A stretch of DNA of 64,000 nt from Eledone cirrhosa (GCA_964016885.1 OZ024755.1:12276001-12340000), one strand, 5' to 3'; positions 32,908 through 47,504 are shown, counted from the stretch's first letter. Translations and numbers: made by a program. Notes: generated from the letters alone by a model not told the origin.

Positions 32908-33115
32908 TGTCAAACCAGTGGCCTGTTACTCTAGAGTTTCTCTTGTGTGTTACATATTCCTCAGATACTGCCTAAATGACTGAGAGTCTGATTATTAAGC
33001 AGTGTCTGAAGATGCTGAAACATACAAGGGAAAATCCGGAGTAACACGACACTGGCTTGACCTTAATATATTACAAATCGCTACTACGGTATTGAGTACT
33101 CATTCTCGCGTTCAT
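32908..33115 (+). mobile_element. Imperfect ~150-nt hairpin insert followed by a GTATTGAGTAC motif
   Basis: gtcaaaccagtg..gttactc..cttgtgtgtt..tcagatactgc pairs with gcagtgtctga..aacatacaag..gagtaac..cactggcttgac; motif at 33089-33099. Confidence 0.6.
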
Positions 33116-33159
33116 CAATACTAAATATATATCTCTATCTATCTAACTACTTTTATATA

Positions 33160-33330
33160 TGTGTGAAAATTAAACAGAAAATAACACAGAAAGCAATACA
33201 GTACAATGAAGGCATATATTAGGTTAACACATGATATGATAGGAAATGAGTCTTAATGTTTCAGGTGCTAGTCCTTTATCAGAAGATAGACTGAGAAATA
33301 AAAGAAGAAATAGAAAGGTAGAGGAGGGTG
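33160..33330 (-). mobile_element. Second family A insert with a decayed HHR (33251-33286)
   Basis: Reverse complement aligns with 19240-19378; TCTT-CTGATAA-AGGACTAGCACCT-GAAACATT-AAGA. Confidence 0.7.
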
Positions 33331-33377
33331 AAAAAAGGAATTTGTGTGTTCAGATACAAATATATATATATATATAA

Positions 33378-33563
33378 AACAAAGAGGGTGTGGTAAGATA
33401 CCAGGTGGACCATAACGTACCAGAGTACTCAATACATAGGATAGTAGAGTGGGTAATAGGAAAAAGGCTGAGCTCTGGCTGTTTTGACAGCTAGATCCGA
33501 ACACATTCGGATTTAACTGTTGAAACGGTTGGAGCTCAGCCATCAGGGTCCAGACTCTTTTCC
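33378..33563 (-). mobile_element. TA-embedded hairpin insert (family H)
   Basis: ttcctattacccactctacta..gtattgagtact..ttatggtcca.ctgg is shared with 36500-36620 and 53915-54050; contains a ggctgagctc...gagctcagcc hairpin. Confidence 0.75.
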
Positions 33564-33618
33564 TATATATATATACATATATATATACACACACACATAT
33601 ATATACATATATATATAT

Positions 33619-33649
<31 letters not shown>

Positions 33650-33685
33650 CACACGTATATATGTGTGTGTATTCCATAAAGAAAT

Positions 33686-33735
33686 AACTTCTACAGGTCT
33701 AGAGCTGTTTCTTTCGTTTGAAATCATCAAATATT
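33686..33735 (-). ncRNA. Family C HHR fold (partly degenerate)
   Basis: TTGATGA-TTTC aaac GAAA-GAA-ACAG ctctagac CTGT-A-GAAG; stems II and III are intact, the stem I 5' strand has diverged. Confidence 0.6.
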
Positions 33736-34425
33736 TAGACATAAGTTTTTTAATCATTACATTAATTATATCATATAATATTTGTAGATTTACAGTTTGG
33801 TTTTAATTTAGCCATTCAACTTTCTATTAGCAGTCTGTAAGAGTCTTAGCTTACATTCTAAAAACAAAATTGATATATTTGGAAAAGTTTATTCATATAC
33901 ATCTATATATTTAGGATTTCAAATGTTCAAAATATGTGCTATGCTTTAAATTAGTGACTTCTTAAAATATAAATAAAGCTATAATTGTTATAACTAACTT
34001 GTCTTTATTAGAAAAGTTTGTAATAAATTTGGAACATGCTGTCTTTTTATTCAAAATGTGGAATTCAGTAATACATCTATATTAACTATATTTCTAGTTA
34101 TAATAATAATAATGATAATAATAATAATGATGATGATAATAGTAATAATTATAATTTATTTTTCTTAAGCTTTATAAAAGTTCTTTTCTTCAATTTATTA
34201 AAAAACATTTTGTTTTGTTTTAATTTCCTTTTATAAATGCTTATGATATTACATACCATATCTTCACCATATGTTCTCCAGAAGGTTCATATTACTCTTA
34301 TTCTACTACCACCATTCCAATCCCAAGAATTATTTCTGTCATTTTCCATCAACATAAATTAATTAGTGTAAGAATTTAAAACATTTTACTCTTTGCAAAG
34401 AAAAATAATTGAAAAAAAAAAAAAA

Positions 34426-34459
<34 letters not shown>

Positions 34460-34980
34460 AAGAAAGAGAAAGAAACAGAATTATTTTTTAATATATTTCA
34501 AAAATTTTTTCATGCCATACTCTTTTAACAAATTTTAGCACCTTCTTTATGTCCATCTCATTTATATAACCAATATTTCCGATCGGTGTTATACCTGAAC
34601 ATCAAAACTAAACCCTACACAACGTACAAAATATCAAAAAGATATGATTTGGAGAATAAAGAATGACCATGAATTTAACTATTGTTATTATTGAAATGGA
34701 AATATCCATGTCATTTTCAAAGAACTGTTTTATGTTGTTTGTTTTTTTTTTATTGAGGAGGTGGAGTATGTCTTGTAGTCTATCATCAGTTTTTTTTATT
34801 ATTTTGATTCTTCTTCTGTTGTTTTTCCATTGTGCTTGCTTTTAAAGAATCATTCTTTGATTTGATTTTAATTTTCTGATAGAAAAGTTCACATTCCTCA
34901 ATTTATCCCCAAAGAAACAAAATAACCATTGCTATATTTCTAATGTAACTAGAAAACTTTATGAAGCTCCATAAATTTAA

Positions 34981-35285
34981 CTCTTAAACATCCTGTATTG
35001 CATAAAACTACATCAGCGAAATATTCTTCAAAAATACAAAACAGCATTAAGAAAATATCACATTAAATATTAAAGTCTTTATACTAATACTGCAAATGTC
35101 CACATGCAATTCCCAACCACGCATATGCAACATTATTTTTCACATAATTCACTGTGTCAAACTAAATATTAAATTTTACTCTCAAATATTGCAAATTTCA
35201 AAGCCACCACCTGTCTTTTATAATACAGGTATTATTAATGTTTGAATTAAACAGATATTTTAAAGTCATTTCAGGATGTTAAGAG
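34981..35285. mobile_element. TTAA-flanked piggyBac-like MITE (family M3)
   Basis: TTAA ctcttaaacatcctg ... caggatgttaagag TTAA; related copy at 42092-42312. Confidence 0.7.
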
Positions 35286-35337
35286 TTAATCAAATATATA
35301 TATATATACATATATTTGTGTGTGTGTGTACACACAC

Positions 35338-35391
<54 letters not shown>

Positions 35392-35440
35392 ATATATATA
35401 TATATATGTGTGTGTGTATATATATATATATGTGTGTGTG

Positions 35441-35491
<51 letters not shown>

Positions 35492-35832
35492 TCAATTCTC
35501 AGACCAGGCAATGCATTGTGTTCTTGAGCAAGAAACTTTATTTCATGCTGCTCCAGTTCACTCAGCTGTAGAAATACTGGTGCCAAGCTGTATCAACCTT
35601 TATCATTCCCTTAGACAACATCTGTAGAAAAGAGATGGAGGAGTGACATGTATGGGTGACTGTTTGTTTTCCACATAAACACAAAACACCTTATCCAGAC
35701 TTGTGCCTTGGAAAGGAAACTTTCTAGGTGCAAATCCTATGGTCATTCGGGATCATATATATATTGGGTGCTGACTTTGGTGCCCTCACCAGTTTTCTAC
35801 GGATTTACTGAACCTTCTGCCTCTATATATAT

Positions 35833-36329
35833 ATACTTTGAAAAATAAAACCAAACACTGTTAACCATATCATATTTTAATTTACCTACGTTTCATCCTT
35901 AATATCAAGAGCACAATATTAGGAATCATCAGAATTAAATAATACATAACTACCTTAAACACAGCATTTCGTCCAAAAATATATCATACTAGAGCCATTA
36001 TGTTTACAATTAAAAAATGTATCATCATACTAGGAAATAGTACTATAATATTCGTGTATTCTACGCCAATTCGTTTGAGTGCCCAAATGAATAATTTTAG
36101 TAATTATACTCGTGGTAAGTACTATTTCCTAGTATGATGGTCATTTTTTAAAAATGTAAACATAATGGCTCTGGATGATATACATTTGGACGAAATGGCA
36201 TGTTTAAGGTAGTTATATCTTATTTAATTTTGAGGATTCCTAATATTGAGCTCTTAATATTAAGAATGAAACGTACATAAATTAAAATATGATATAGTTA
36301 GCAGTGTTTGGTTTTATTTTTCAAAGTAT
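35833..36329. mobile_element. TA-embedded diverged palindrome (~210-bp arms) with an HHR-like fold in each arm (family D)
   Basis: Minus 35884-35935 CTGATGA-TTCCTAATATT gtgctctt GATATTAAGGAT-GAAACGTA; plus 36230-36275 TTGAGGA-TTCCTAATATT gagctctt AATATTAAGAAT-GAAACGTA. Confidence 0.7.
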
Positions 36330-36499
36330 TTCTTGCTCTACGTGAATTCATAATCGTTTATATTAAAATTTCAAAGCTAACTATAAGATTATATGTAACC
36401 TTATGTACGTCTTATTGTAATAAATCTCGTAGTTTTTAGCTTTATAACTTCTTCACCTATCATTATCTGTTAAAACATTACTTTATACTATATATATAT

Positions 36500-36620
36500 A
36501 TAGGAACAAGTATGACCCCGACGGCAGAGCTCAAGCCGTTTCTATTACCCACTCTACTACCCTAAGTATTGAGTACTTTGGTGCGTTATGGTCCATCTGG
36601 TTCCTTACCACCTTTCCTTC
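36500..36620 (+). mobile_element. Family H insert
   Basis: Homologous to 33378-33563 and 53915-54050. Confidence 0.7.
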
Positions 36621-36675
36621 ATTATATATATATATATATGTGTGTGTGTATGTGTAGTTAGTATAAAGTATTGAT

Positions 36676-36954
36676 CTAATGTCTGTCTTAAACCAGAAGG
36701 CTCATTTGGCCGGTGCTTATCCCGGTTTCATGGCGTGAAGTGACTGAGAGTACAAGACTCCCCCCTGGACAGGATGCCAGTCCATCGCAGGGTTAAAGCT
36801 CCAGCTATTGCTGGTACTCATTTCCAGCTGAGTATACTGGAACAACGTGAAATGAACTGTTTTGCTCAAGAACACAACACGCAACCCAGGAATCAAACCC
36901 ACGACATTATGATCGTAACTCCAACACTCTTACCACTAGGCCACGTGCCTCCAC
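36676..36954 (-). mobile_element. Full-length CORE-type tRNA SINE with 11-bp TSD
   Basis: TSD aaagtattgat at 36665-36675 and 36955-36965; minus head gtggcctagtggtaagag..ggtttgattcc; CORE ttcttgagcaaaaca; ccctgcgatggactggcatcctgtccagggg. Confidence 0.85.
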
Positions 36955-38173
36955 AAAGTATTGATATATCATCTATCTCTATATATATATATATATAGAA
37001 CATATAGAAATTGATATGTATCCTCATATATCAGTATACTGAAAATCAAAGTGTCTATTACTCCCACTTTCTATCAAATATCACCAACATATGTTATACT
37101 GATGGTAACACATGCTGTTTATCTTTCATGAATTTTTCACCTTCCATTACCAAGTAAAGCCATATTAGCAAAACATTTTTGAAATGTACAAATCAGCACT
37201 ATGACTACATCACATAAAACATAGCAGTCTTTACTGCAATGTTGTAAATTTTCACAATCATCTGTCCACTAGTCAAAATATTATAAACTTTCTACCAAAT
37301 CATAATATAATATTAAGAATTAGAGTATTTCTATGAACTGATAAATGTTTTTTGTTTAAACAAACTACATTTTCCTTTTTATTAATTCATTGCTACTTCT
37401 TTTCAAAATTTCAATTAGTTAAACAAGTTGGAATAGTTTTTCCAGAAAATTCCATAATAAAAAAAATATGATTTGTCTTGCTTTTCTTTGACTCTATATA
37501 ATCTTTAATTTTTTAACCCTTTCTTTACCATATTTCTCATGTAATAGTTGAGAATTCAGTAATTTAACTAAATTTCTCATTATAAGTTGCTTGTTGGGGT
37601 GGGGCACAAATTAACAAAGACACAAAATGAGATGCTTGCAACAAACAAGTTTGTGGCCCAAGATTTAGTTTTCCAGTATTGTTAATATTTGGGCATTTCA
37701 CTGTTATGTATGATGTAACAAAATTGGTAAATAGCTTGTATTAAATATTTTAAAACTTATAAATGAAAAAAATAAACAGAAAGATTTACATATGTTGAAA
37801 TGTTTCATAAAAGCTATACTTAAATACATCTGTCTAAAACCCCAAATAACAAGACAACATGCATTTGTTAAGGCTATCTTTTGCTGCTATAGTAGGGGTT
37901 AACTTTTCTGGCTCCATAGCATTGGTCCTTAAGACATAAATGGATATGGTGTGTAACACCCAACATATTTATTATCTATAATACAAGAACCCAATAGTGT
38001 CAGTAATTTGTTATGATATCAATACATTTCCCTACTCAGTTAAGGTAACCATTGTTAAAAGAAAAATATTCAATTCTTTCATTATCATATTTCTATGATT
38101 TTCAAATAATTTTAAAAATATGATTTTGAGAAATTTAGTAATATGAGTAACTTTTTCATTATTAAGCTAGCTC

Positions 38174-38390
38174 AAGGGCACTGGTTTGGCAGTCGGTAGA
38201 ACGTCGAACAACATGTTTCGCGGCATAGAGTTATGGCCCTTTATGTTCTGAGTCTAAATACTGCCGAGGTTAGTTTTGCCTTTCATTCTTACGGGGGTCG
38301 ATAAAATAAAGTACCAGTAATGTACTGGGGTAGATTTGATCGACTTTTTCTTTCCTCCAAAATTGTTGGCCTTGAGCCTAAATCAGAAAC
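38174..38390 (+). mobile_element. SINE family S1 with 17-bp TSD, inserted in an M1 MITE
   Basis: TSD cattattaagctagctc at 38157-38173 and 38391-38407. Confidence 0.85.
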
Positions 38391-39083
38391 CATTATTAAG
38401 CTAGCTCTTACATAAAATTATAATGAACACTTTTTTTTTAGATAAATATAAACATTTGAAAATGAAAATATTTTGCATCAGCGAACTAGAGCTGGTTTCA
38501 AGCAGTTTAGTATCAAAAGTTAAAAAACATCTTAGATTTTTACAATTATTATTATGATACTAAAAATATTAATTTTTAAAAGGTAGTTTCAAAAAATAAA
38601 ATAACAACAAAATGAGAATTTCTATTTGAAATTGATAAAGTTTTTGTCATAGATTAGTGTGTATAGTTCAGACAGTTGATGTGATAGAGTATAAGATATT
38701 CAGCCTAAAATTTGTGTTCATATCCTATCTCCAGCAGTTGGGTTGTTAGTTATATTCAATGCCAAGACACTTAACTCCACCAGGTAAAAATATCTAACAT
38801 TGTTTCATTAGCTTTCAATAATGAATTCAACTCTTCCTATGGATGTAGCTCAGTCAGAAAAGAATCAATATACTTCAAATTATCTAAAGTAAATTAACTA
38901 ACTCACTCATCTGGCAATAGATAGATTAACTGGGGAAAGTTAGTGCTATTTATAAATAAATTGACCAAAAGTATACAAGTTATTATATATACCTAGTGAT
39001 AATATATATAAATATTATCATAAGGTATATATATATAGTAATAATAAATACAAAGACCAAAATCTGAAGAGGGTGTGATAACA

Positions 39084-39146
<63 letters not shown>

Positions 39147-39228
39147 AGTAAGGTTGCTTGGATGCATCGATAGGCGGTATGCCGGTTGAGCACTTGTGTT
39201 CCAATGCATCACTGATTCTTCATTTTCC

Positions 39229-39282
<54 letters not shown>

Positions 39283-39776
39283 TACATATAAACCCATACA
39301 GCAAATATTTATTATTGGTACAGATTAAAGTTTAAGCAAAGAATTTCTGCTTTCACCCTATTCGGGATCTTTCAGGAGATCCCATATTGGGTGAAATATA
39401 TATATATACATATATGTGTGTGTGTGTCTGTATATATATATACCCATGCTAGCATGGAAGAACGGACATAAAACGGTGATGATGATGATATATATATACT
39501 TTATTGTCTCTATACTCTGTATATGTCTTAATTCAATGGACATTTAGTGTGTTTATTATAAAAACCCATATATGTAATAGTGAGTATTTACTTCAAGGGT
39601 TTTGCTGATACTACTAGCTTCTTAAAGCTGTTTTAGGAACCCAGTATTATTAGTGAAACTTTGAAGTAAACAGTCACTATTATTAATAAATATTATTTTC
39701 CCTCCACAAACAGTATTTAAGTCCTTCACTGAGTGCATTTTAAGTGTATTTAGATATAAAAACCTATGATATATTT

Positions 39777-39815
<39 letters not shown>

Positions 39816-39919
39816 AATGAAATTAGAATTTTATTTCTCGCTCTAACATGCATATTTATATATATATATATAACAAGATTCTTCAAAGCATTTAAACAGT
39901 AAAGGATATAGAGATTCTT

Positions 39920-40145
39920 TATAATAATAATAATGAAATTATTGTGTACAGTGCTCAGGTGCACTACAACTCATCAAAGGTGCATGTATAGTACATAGAA
40001 TAATGTACAAATGTCAGGAAAATAAACAGTGTATGAGTCATGATATAATAACAATAACAATAATGAAATATTGTGCACAGTGCCCAGGTGCACCACAACC
40101 CATCAAAAAAGTGCATGTACAGTACATAGGGCAATGCACATATGA
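39920..40145. repeat. Two tandem ~95-bp copies (aataataatgaaat..cagtgctcaggtgcac..acaac..), probably retroposon 3' ends
   Basis: 39920-40015 versus 40050-40145. Confidence 0.6.
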
Positions 40146-41229
40146 ATGATAAATTAAAATTTCATAACAACAACTTGTGCTTCATAATTTTGTCTTCATA
40201 TGGTGATGAGTGTAATATTAATTAAGCATTCAATAAACTTCATTATATTAAATACCAATAGTAACAAATGATAAGATAACTTAAATTAATGTATTATTGT
40301 TGTTATTGGTAGATCATTGGTCATACTTAGCAGCATTGTTATGTTCCTGCACAACAGGTCCGAACATAGAAGAGCCAAACTCCAACTGTCATTGCCTCCA
40401 TCTTTCTTGTCCTCCCCATCTCTCTCTATTATGAGCAAATGGGATCCCAAGGCCCTAGTTGATGGTAAGGGAGATGTGTTGGAAGAACCATTCCATTTCA
40501 TGAGGTTCAGACCTGTGGCTAGCCAGCTCAGAGCCTATGGTGGTAAGTAGGGAGGTAGCCCTAGAGCCAAGAACACCAGAAGTCTCCACTGCTAGGTAGC
40601 TAAATGTTAAAATTATATAAAATGTGAACCCCTTTTGTACATATTAATACATGGCGTATGAAGACTAGGTGGATAGTGTATTTGGTTTGGATTTTAGTTT
40701 TCAAATTCCTTTGCAAATGTGCTTCATACTTAGGTACAAATTATATTATAAACCTCAAGCTTAATTAAGAATCATTATTCATCATACAATACTTAATTCA
40801 CCTGAGACAATTTACTTTAAAATCAGGCTTAAAATGTAATCTGTTTTAGAATTTATAAAAATTTTATTTTCATTCTTTTTTTTATTTTTGTGTGTGTTTA
40901 AAAAAATCTCAATTTGAAAAAAAAATTGCTGTTTTACATATTTGTCTGTTGGATATATTCCCTTCATGATAATTGTAACTTTGGTGCTTAACTGTAAAAT
41001 GTTATGGTTTATTAATGTGCTATTGTTGTTATTGGATGAAATGGTGGTGCTCCAGAAATATTGATGGCATTCCTTTAAGGATAAACTTTTAAAAAAAATA
41101 ACAAAAAAGAGAGACAAAAGAGTATTTTGCCTGTGATATTAAATTTTGTCCTTGTTGATGATTCGATGTAAACCTTTCATTTGTTCCTATTGTATTTTTG
41201 ACTTATTATTATCATTATTATTATTATTA

Positions 41230-41272
<43 letters not shown>

Positions 41273-41421
41273 TATTATCTGGTTCCATATTTTACCTTGC
41301 CATTGGTAAAAATCTTTTATACCTTTTAACTGTTGCCTTATTGTGAGAAGTTAAATGAATATTTCCCTTTAAAAACAATTGATCAATATATTGTAGAGAA
41401 GAATTTTGCTATTGCTTAAAC

Positions 41422-41746
41422 CAGTGTTTCTCAACTTTTATTATCCCCTAAATCACTTTGATTAAAAAACATAACAAAAAAACTTGCACCTCTACTATGG
41501 TCAAAGTTAGTATATATCATAGCACATACGTTCTATTCTGAAGTCTCATGCCCCACCATGGTTGGACAAAGTTAGTGCATAGCATAGTATATACATCCCA
41601 TTCTGAAGCTCCATGATAATAGACAAAGTTATTATATAGCATACTATATAGCATAGTATGTATGCTCTATTCTGAAATCACACACTCCCACCAAAATATT
41701 GCCATGTCCTATAAGTGGGGCATACACCCCATCTTGAGTAACACTG
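41422..41746. mobile_element. hAT/Charlie-type MITE
   Basis: TIRs CAGTGTTTCTCAA / TTGAGTAACACTG; 8-bp TSD gcttaaac / gcttagac. Confidence 0.8.
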
Positions 41747-41795
41747 GCTTAGACTATGTTATATAACAATTCCTTAATAATTTCATTTCTATATA

Positions 41796-41985
41796 CTGTG
41801 CAGCTCTGTTATAACACAATGGTTGGGAGTCCATAAAATATCATCGGGGTCATATTAAATTGGGGTTCAAAAAATTTAAGGGGTTCAAGTAGATCCGGAA
41901 AGAGCAAAAAAAAAAGAGGTTCTAATGATTACTCACATCATATCTGAATTTGAGTTAAATTGGGGCACATAACAGGGCTACACTG
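41796..41985. mobile_element. Possible Tigger/pogo-like MITE
   Basis: Imperfect TIRs ctgtgcagctctgttat / ataacagggctacactg. Confidence 0.45.
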
Positions 41986-42552
41986 TTTTGTTTTGTATAT
42001 TTCATTTATCATTATACTTTCTGTTGCTGCTTCTTTCATTGTCTTCTGTTTTATCTTAATATTAAATCTTGGATATTTATCACTTATTTAACTCTTAATA
42101 TCCTGTATCACATGAAACTAAATTAGCAAGACAAGATATTCTTGAGAATTATAAAACATCGTTATAATTGCAACACATTGAAAATGAAAGTCTTTACTTT
42201 AATATTGTGAAATTTCACAATGATCTGTCCACTAGTAAAAATACTATAAACATTTGAATTAACAAACTTGTTTTTAGATATTTTCTATTAACTCATTACA
42301 GGATGTTAAGAGTTAGTAAACAACAGCAGTTAGATACTACACAATTATAGACTTTTAGCTTACAAAATCATCAGCTTTCTTTCATACAATAAATAGTTAA
42401 TATGATATTAATACTTAGCAATCACTAAGTTAGATTTTCTTTCATTTTTTAATAATCATTGATAAAATATTAATTGCTTTTATATTATTCCTAAATATTT
42501 TCTAAATATTTTGAAAATGCATAGTTTTGTAAGAATTCACTTATTTATCTCA

Positions 42553-42930
42553 ATGACTAAATTAATGGTTATATAGAGATGGTTAAATTAATGGCTAAAT
42601 ATAGAGATGACTAAATTAATGGTTATATAGAGATGGCTAAATTAATGATTAAATATAAAGATGGCTAAATTAATGGCTAAATATATAGATGGCTAAATTA
42701 AGGGTTATATATATATGGATGACTAAATTAATGGTTATATATATATATATATATAGATGACTAAATTAATGGTTATATATATTTAATTGTTAAATATATG
42801 GAGGACTAAATTAATGGTTATATTTAGAGATGGCTAAATTAACTGTTATATACATGGATGACTAATTTGAAAGTTATATATATATGGAGGAGTAAATCGA
42901 AAGTTTTATATATATATATGGATGAGTAAA
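42553..42930. repeat. ~26-bp minisatellite gatggctaaattaatggttatatata
   Basis: Direct inspection, ~13 units. Confidence 0.9.
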
Positions 42931-45900
42931 TAATTTTCTTATACTATAGAAATATTTCCCAAATTATTCTGCTGATAAAGTAAAAAATTCATTGATATTC
43001 TATCAGATGGAAAAATACCATTTATCAGCCTATTATTTGAAAGATATTAGAGCAGTGGCGATGGAATCTCAGTATCAATAGAGCAGTGTATAATATGTTT
43101 TGCAACTTATAATTATGGCCCTTTACATTCTGAGTTTAAATTCCATTGAGATTGGCTTCATTTTTCCCTTTTATGGGATCAATAACATAAAATACCAGTA
43201 ACATACTGGGGCCGATTTAATCAACTTTTGACTTTCCTTGAAATTTCTGGCCTATTCCCTGAAATTTCTGTGCTAAAACTAGAAACAATTATTTGGAATG
43301 TATTCACTTTAATAAATACACTATGTGACCCAAATACAAGGTGGTTAACAATTAATATCATATATCTTTTTCAAAACATGTACCACTTTAATTTTCCTCT
43401 ATCATTTATGTTAATACACAATTAAATCTGAGAGAAAATGGTTTTAAATTTACCCATTCTAAAGAGTTCTTAATATCCTTACTTAAAGACATAAAATCAA
43501 TAACCAACATTAGCCATTTTGTTATATTTCTAATGAAAGACACAGCTACCTATGATTTTCAAATAATTTTGAAAATAATAAAGAATTTGAACGGATTTCA
43601 TAATATAAATAATTTTTCTCATTATTTCTTTGGAGTTTGGAACATATCTTAACAAAGGTTCTTACATAAGATTATGATGGAAGGTTTATACATATATATA
43701 TACATATATACATATATATATATACACATTTTAAAAGAAATAGGGATGATTTCAAGAGGCTTGGTATGAAAATGGTTATGGCACCATAAATCCAATAAAA
43801 CAAAAAATGTTTGTAGTCACCCTTCTGAGTTCAAATGCCATTAAGGTCAACTTTGTCTTTCACCCTTTTGAGGTTAATAAAATAAAGCACCAGTCAAGTA
43901 CTGGGGTCAATACAACTGACCTTTCCCTCCTCATGAATCACTGGGCTTCAATTACATTAATTTTCATTGTTAGGATAGTGCACACCTGCCAGGTGATATT
44001 GACCATCTTGAATATCTCTACTATTGTGAAAGTCTCTTAACTTGACCAATAAAACATACAAGTTGAAGTCTATAAACTATCTTCAGTCTATATATCAAAG
44101 TTATTATTGTATTTTATCATGTATGATATGAGAAAATTTAAACTAAAATTTAAGACAAAAAAGTAAGAAATTTTTACCAAGTTTTAAAATAATCCTTTCA
44201 AATGACAAGATTGCAAATACACTCAGTTGGCATTTCAATTCAAAATGCAAAACATCTGGTTGTTTTACATTCTTCAACATCATGAGAAACTGAATATTGT
44301 AGTGAAATAATATATGTGAGTCAAGATTTTGACAAATAACATGGTACATGTTTACAAGATTGTATTATACATAAGGATGTAGTTTATTCTTGTTTTTTGT
44401 TTTAGCTTAAGAAACAAGAATTATATTAGACTCAAGTTATATTATACACTAGAAAATATAGTATATAATTGTGTAAGTCAAAGTGATAACAAACATATCA
44501 GATTGAAATTTAAGAAATATATACTTCACCATCATATGTAATGTAAGTCTATTTGAAACTTGATGTTTTTTTTTTATATATATGGGAATGTTTTGTGTAA
44601 TAATGTTGTTTGCATGTGTTCTGTCTATTCCAAGACCAGTTTTCTATCTGTGATAAAATTGTAAGCCTGATGACACATAATAGTATTTCAATATATATAG
44701 CTTTTGGTGGTTAAATATTTTCTCTCAAACATTTATGCATCTTTGCTTTTCTTTCAATCTTAAGTTGGTAGCATCTATAATTGTTAGGTTATTACTAATT
44801 TTTTTTATTAGTGTTGAAGCAAAAGAGTAATTTCTAGTAATAATCATTAGTTTTGTTTCCTAATTTTTAGTAATGTTTTCTTTTTTTTTTTCTTCACCAA
44901 AACAACAAAAGAAACAAAGAAAGAGAATTATGTTATTAAACTTAATTTTTGAAATTTAATTTGCAAATTATTATGCCAATTACTATTTTTTTCTTTGTCT
45001 TACATAAATTCTTTGTTTGAGGTTCTTCAGAGAAAAAGGGGTTTCAAAACCTTTTTATTTTATCAAGTGAAATAATGTGGACAATCAAAGGCTGCTGGTC
45101 AAAAGAAAAGGAAAGGAAAAAAAATATTTTTGCTGTATCTGTGATTTTTGTGTTGGATGACCTCCAAATGTTAATTGGAGTACAATTATTTTGGCAAAAT
45201 ATTTTGTACATGCAATAGCCACTTCTGGAAATAAGTTATATATAAAACTGATATTATCTTCAAGTGGAAAAGAAAATTAAATATCTACTATTTTAGACAT
45301 TTAAGAAGCCGTGCTTTTTTTTTTTTTAATTCTTCAACTTAAATTAATTCAGAAAATTTTCAGTTCTACTGATTTATGGAAAAAAATATTTTAAATTTTA
45401 AACCTCAGTGTTAAAAAAAAACAATGGAAAGAGCTATTTAAAATCAAATACTTACTTTTTTATAAAACAATTTCAAAGAAAAAAGGTTTAGAATTTTCTT
45501 AAGCATGTTAAACTTTGATCATGATATTTCATTCAGTAATAGAACAGTAACTTCTAAGTTGTTAATTGGATTGTCACATACAGCGAATTTAAATGATGAT
45601 TCCTTATTACTTTTTTTTTTTTTTTTTTTTTTTCAATTTGTTTATTAGCTTTTGTTTTAAGATAAATATTATTTTTATTCATTGCTCTTTCTAATCAACC
45701 TCATTATTTTGAAATGTCTGACAAAATTCTCCTGACATTTTGAAATTTAAAAAAATTGCAAATGAAGCTATACCATGATTTGATTAGGCTTTCATATACC
45801 TATTATGAATCATGAGAATTTTACAATTAAAACATTTTTTTTTTTTCAATTTTTCAATTAGTTGACTTTTACTTATTTATTATTATTATTTTTCAAAAAT

Positions 45901-47504
45901 AAAACAAGAATATAAAATATTTTATTTATTAAATATATGGTTACCATTATTCCATCCAACATGAAACAATAGATCATTTGCATAACTATAACCCTAAACT
46001 ATAAATGAAACTGAACAGGATTTGTTCTCCAGAATAATAATAATAATAATAATTAACCTTTAAGTGTTGTTATTTAACATTTACTACACTGGTTCTATGT
46101 TGACTTTATGATATAAATCATACATCGAATTCTATCTTCTGGAGAATATTTATTTACAGACTTGTCCAAGTGGATCCGGCCTCTTTTGAAAAACACTGAA
46201 TGATGAAAATGTTTTTTAAAACAACTTTCAAATATTTTTAAAGTATATACAATGTTTTAGTATTGATTGATGATCTTCAACTTCCTATGAAATCTATTTC
46301 TAAATATATTGATCTAGTATTTTTGCTCTGTATTACATGTGATTCAAAATTCATTTTATTGTTTATTTTCTGTTTGTTTTTTTTAATGCATTGTTAAATG
46401 GAAATAGAAATATAAAAACTCTTAGATTCCCCAAATTCTAAGAGTAACTTAGATTATTATTAATAAATTCTTATTTCTTCCCAAAAATGGTTATTACTTT
46501 CTGTAATTCTATATATGTGTTTTTTTCTCCTGATTGTGTGGTAAAAGAAAATTGTGAATTTCATTACATTTGTAATTTCTCTGTGAATATTATGGTGCTA
46601 ATTTATCAATTCAGCAAATCTTAATTGTTTTTGTAAATAAATTTGATTGAGAACAGACAAAATATTTTGCTCCCTGCATAAGCTTTTTGTTAAGGACTGT
46701 CAATGGAATATTTTTTACTATTAAATTGAGAATGATATTTTAATATCAAACGTTTACCATTTTTTTTTAAAATCTCATATCTGTTTTCTAACTCCTTGTA
46801 GTAATTTTAAAAATAATTGCCACACTAATTAATTTCAAATTTATTATTATTATTTCTTGACAGTTTCATGCAAGTTCCTCCTGCATGAACAGGTGAACTA
46901 TTATTACAATTATTATTATTATTATTATTATAATTATTATTATTATTATTATTATTACTATTATTAATATTATTATTATTTCTTTTTTTTTTATTTAAAA
47001 AAAAATTACTTATTTATTTAAATAATAATTTACTATAATGATCAAATTCTTGCTTAAACTTTTGGCTTGATATAAAAAAGAACAGTAGAAATATATTAGA
47101 CTTAAAACAATATGAATGAATATATATATTTCTAAGTAGAAAGCTTCTAGAATTTTTCTTCTTTTCCTTTTATAATTCATAAAAAAATTGAAACCATTTC
47201 CAAATTTCTTGCCAAAATTTGATACATTTTTTGCGGTGCGAGATGCCCTGAAATAAAAACAAAATTGAAATCAATATGAATGTAAAAGGACATCGATTAA
47301 TAAAGTAAAAAAAACAATATTATATTGAAAAACAAATTACATTGGCTAATTATGTAATAATTATGTAATCCCTGATTGAATGGTGTCATCTATTAGCTTC
47401 TATAATTGGTATTCTAGGTCTTATTCTCACACACACTCTATGTATGTATGGAAAGAGAGATGCATGCGTCTATGGATAGAGGGAGGGATGTATGTGTGTA
47501 TACA

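Noticed and set aside
34412-34458. Poly(A) tract as a possible processed pseudogene tail
   Set aside because: No upstream coding remnant or target-site duplication recognised.
40286-40600. GC-richer ORFs similar to 62000-62120
   Set aside because: Probably decayed retroelement fragments, but no motif could be identified with confidence.
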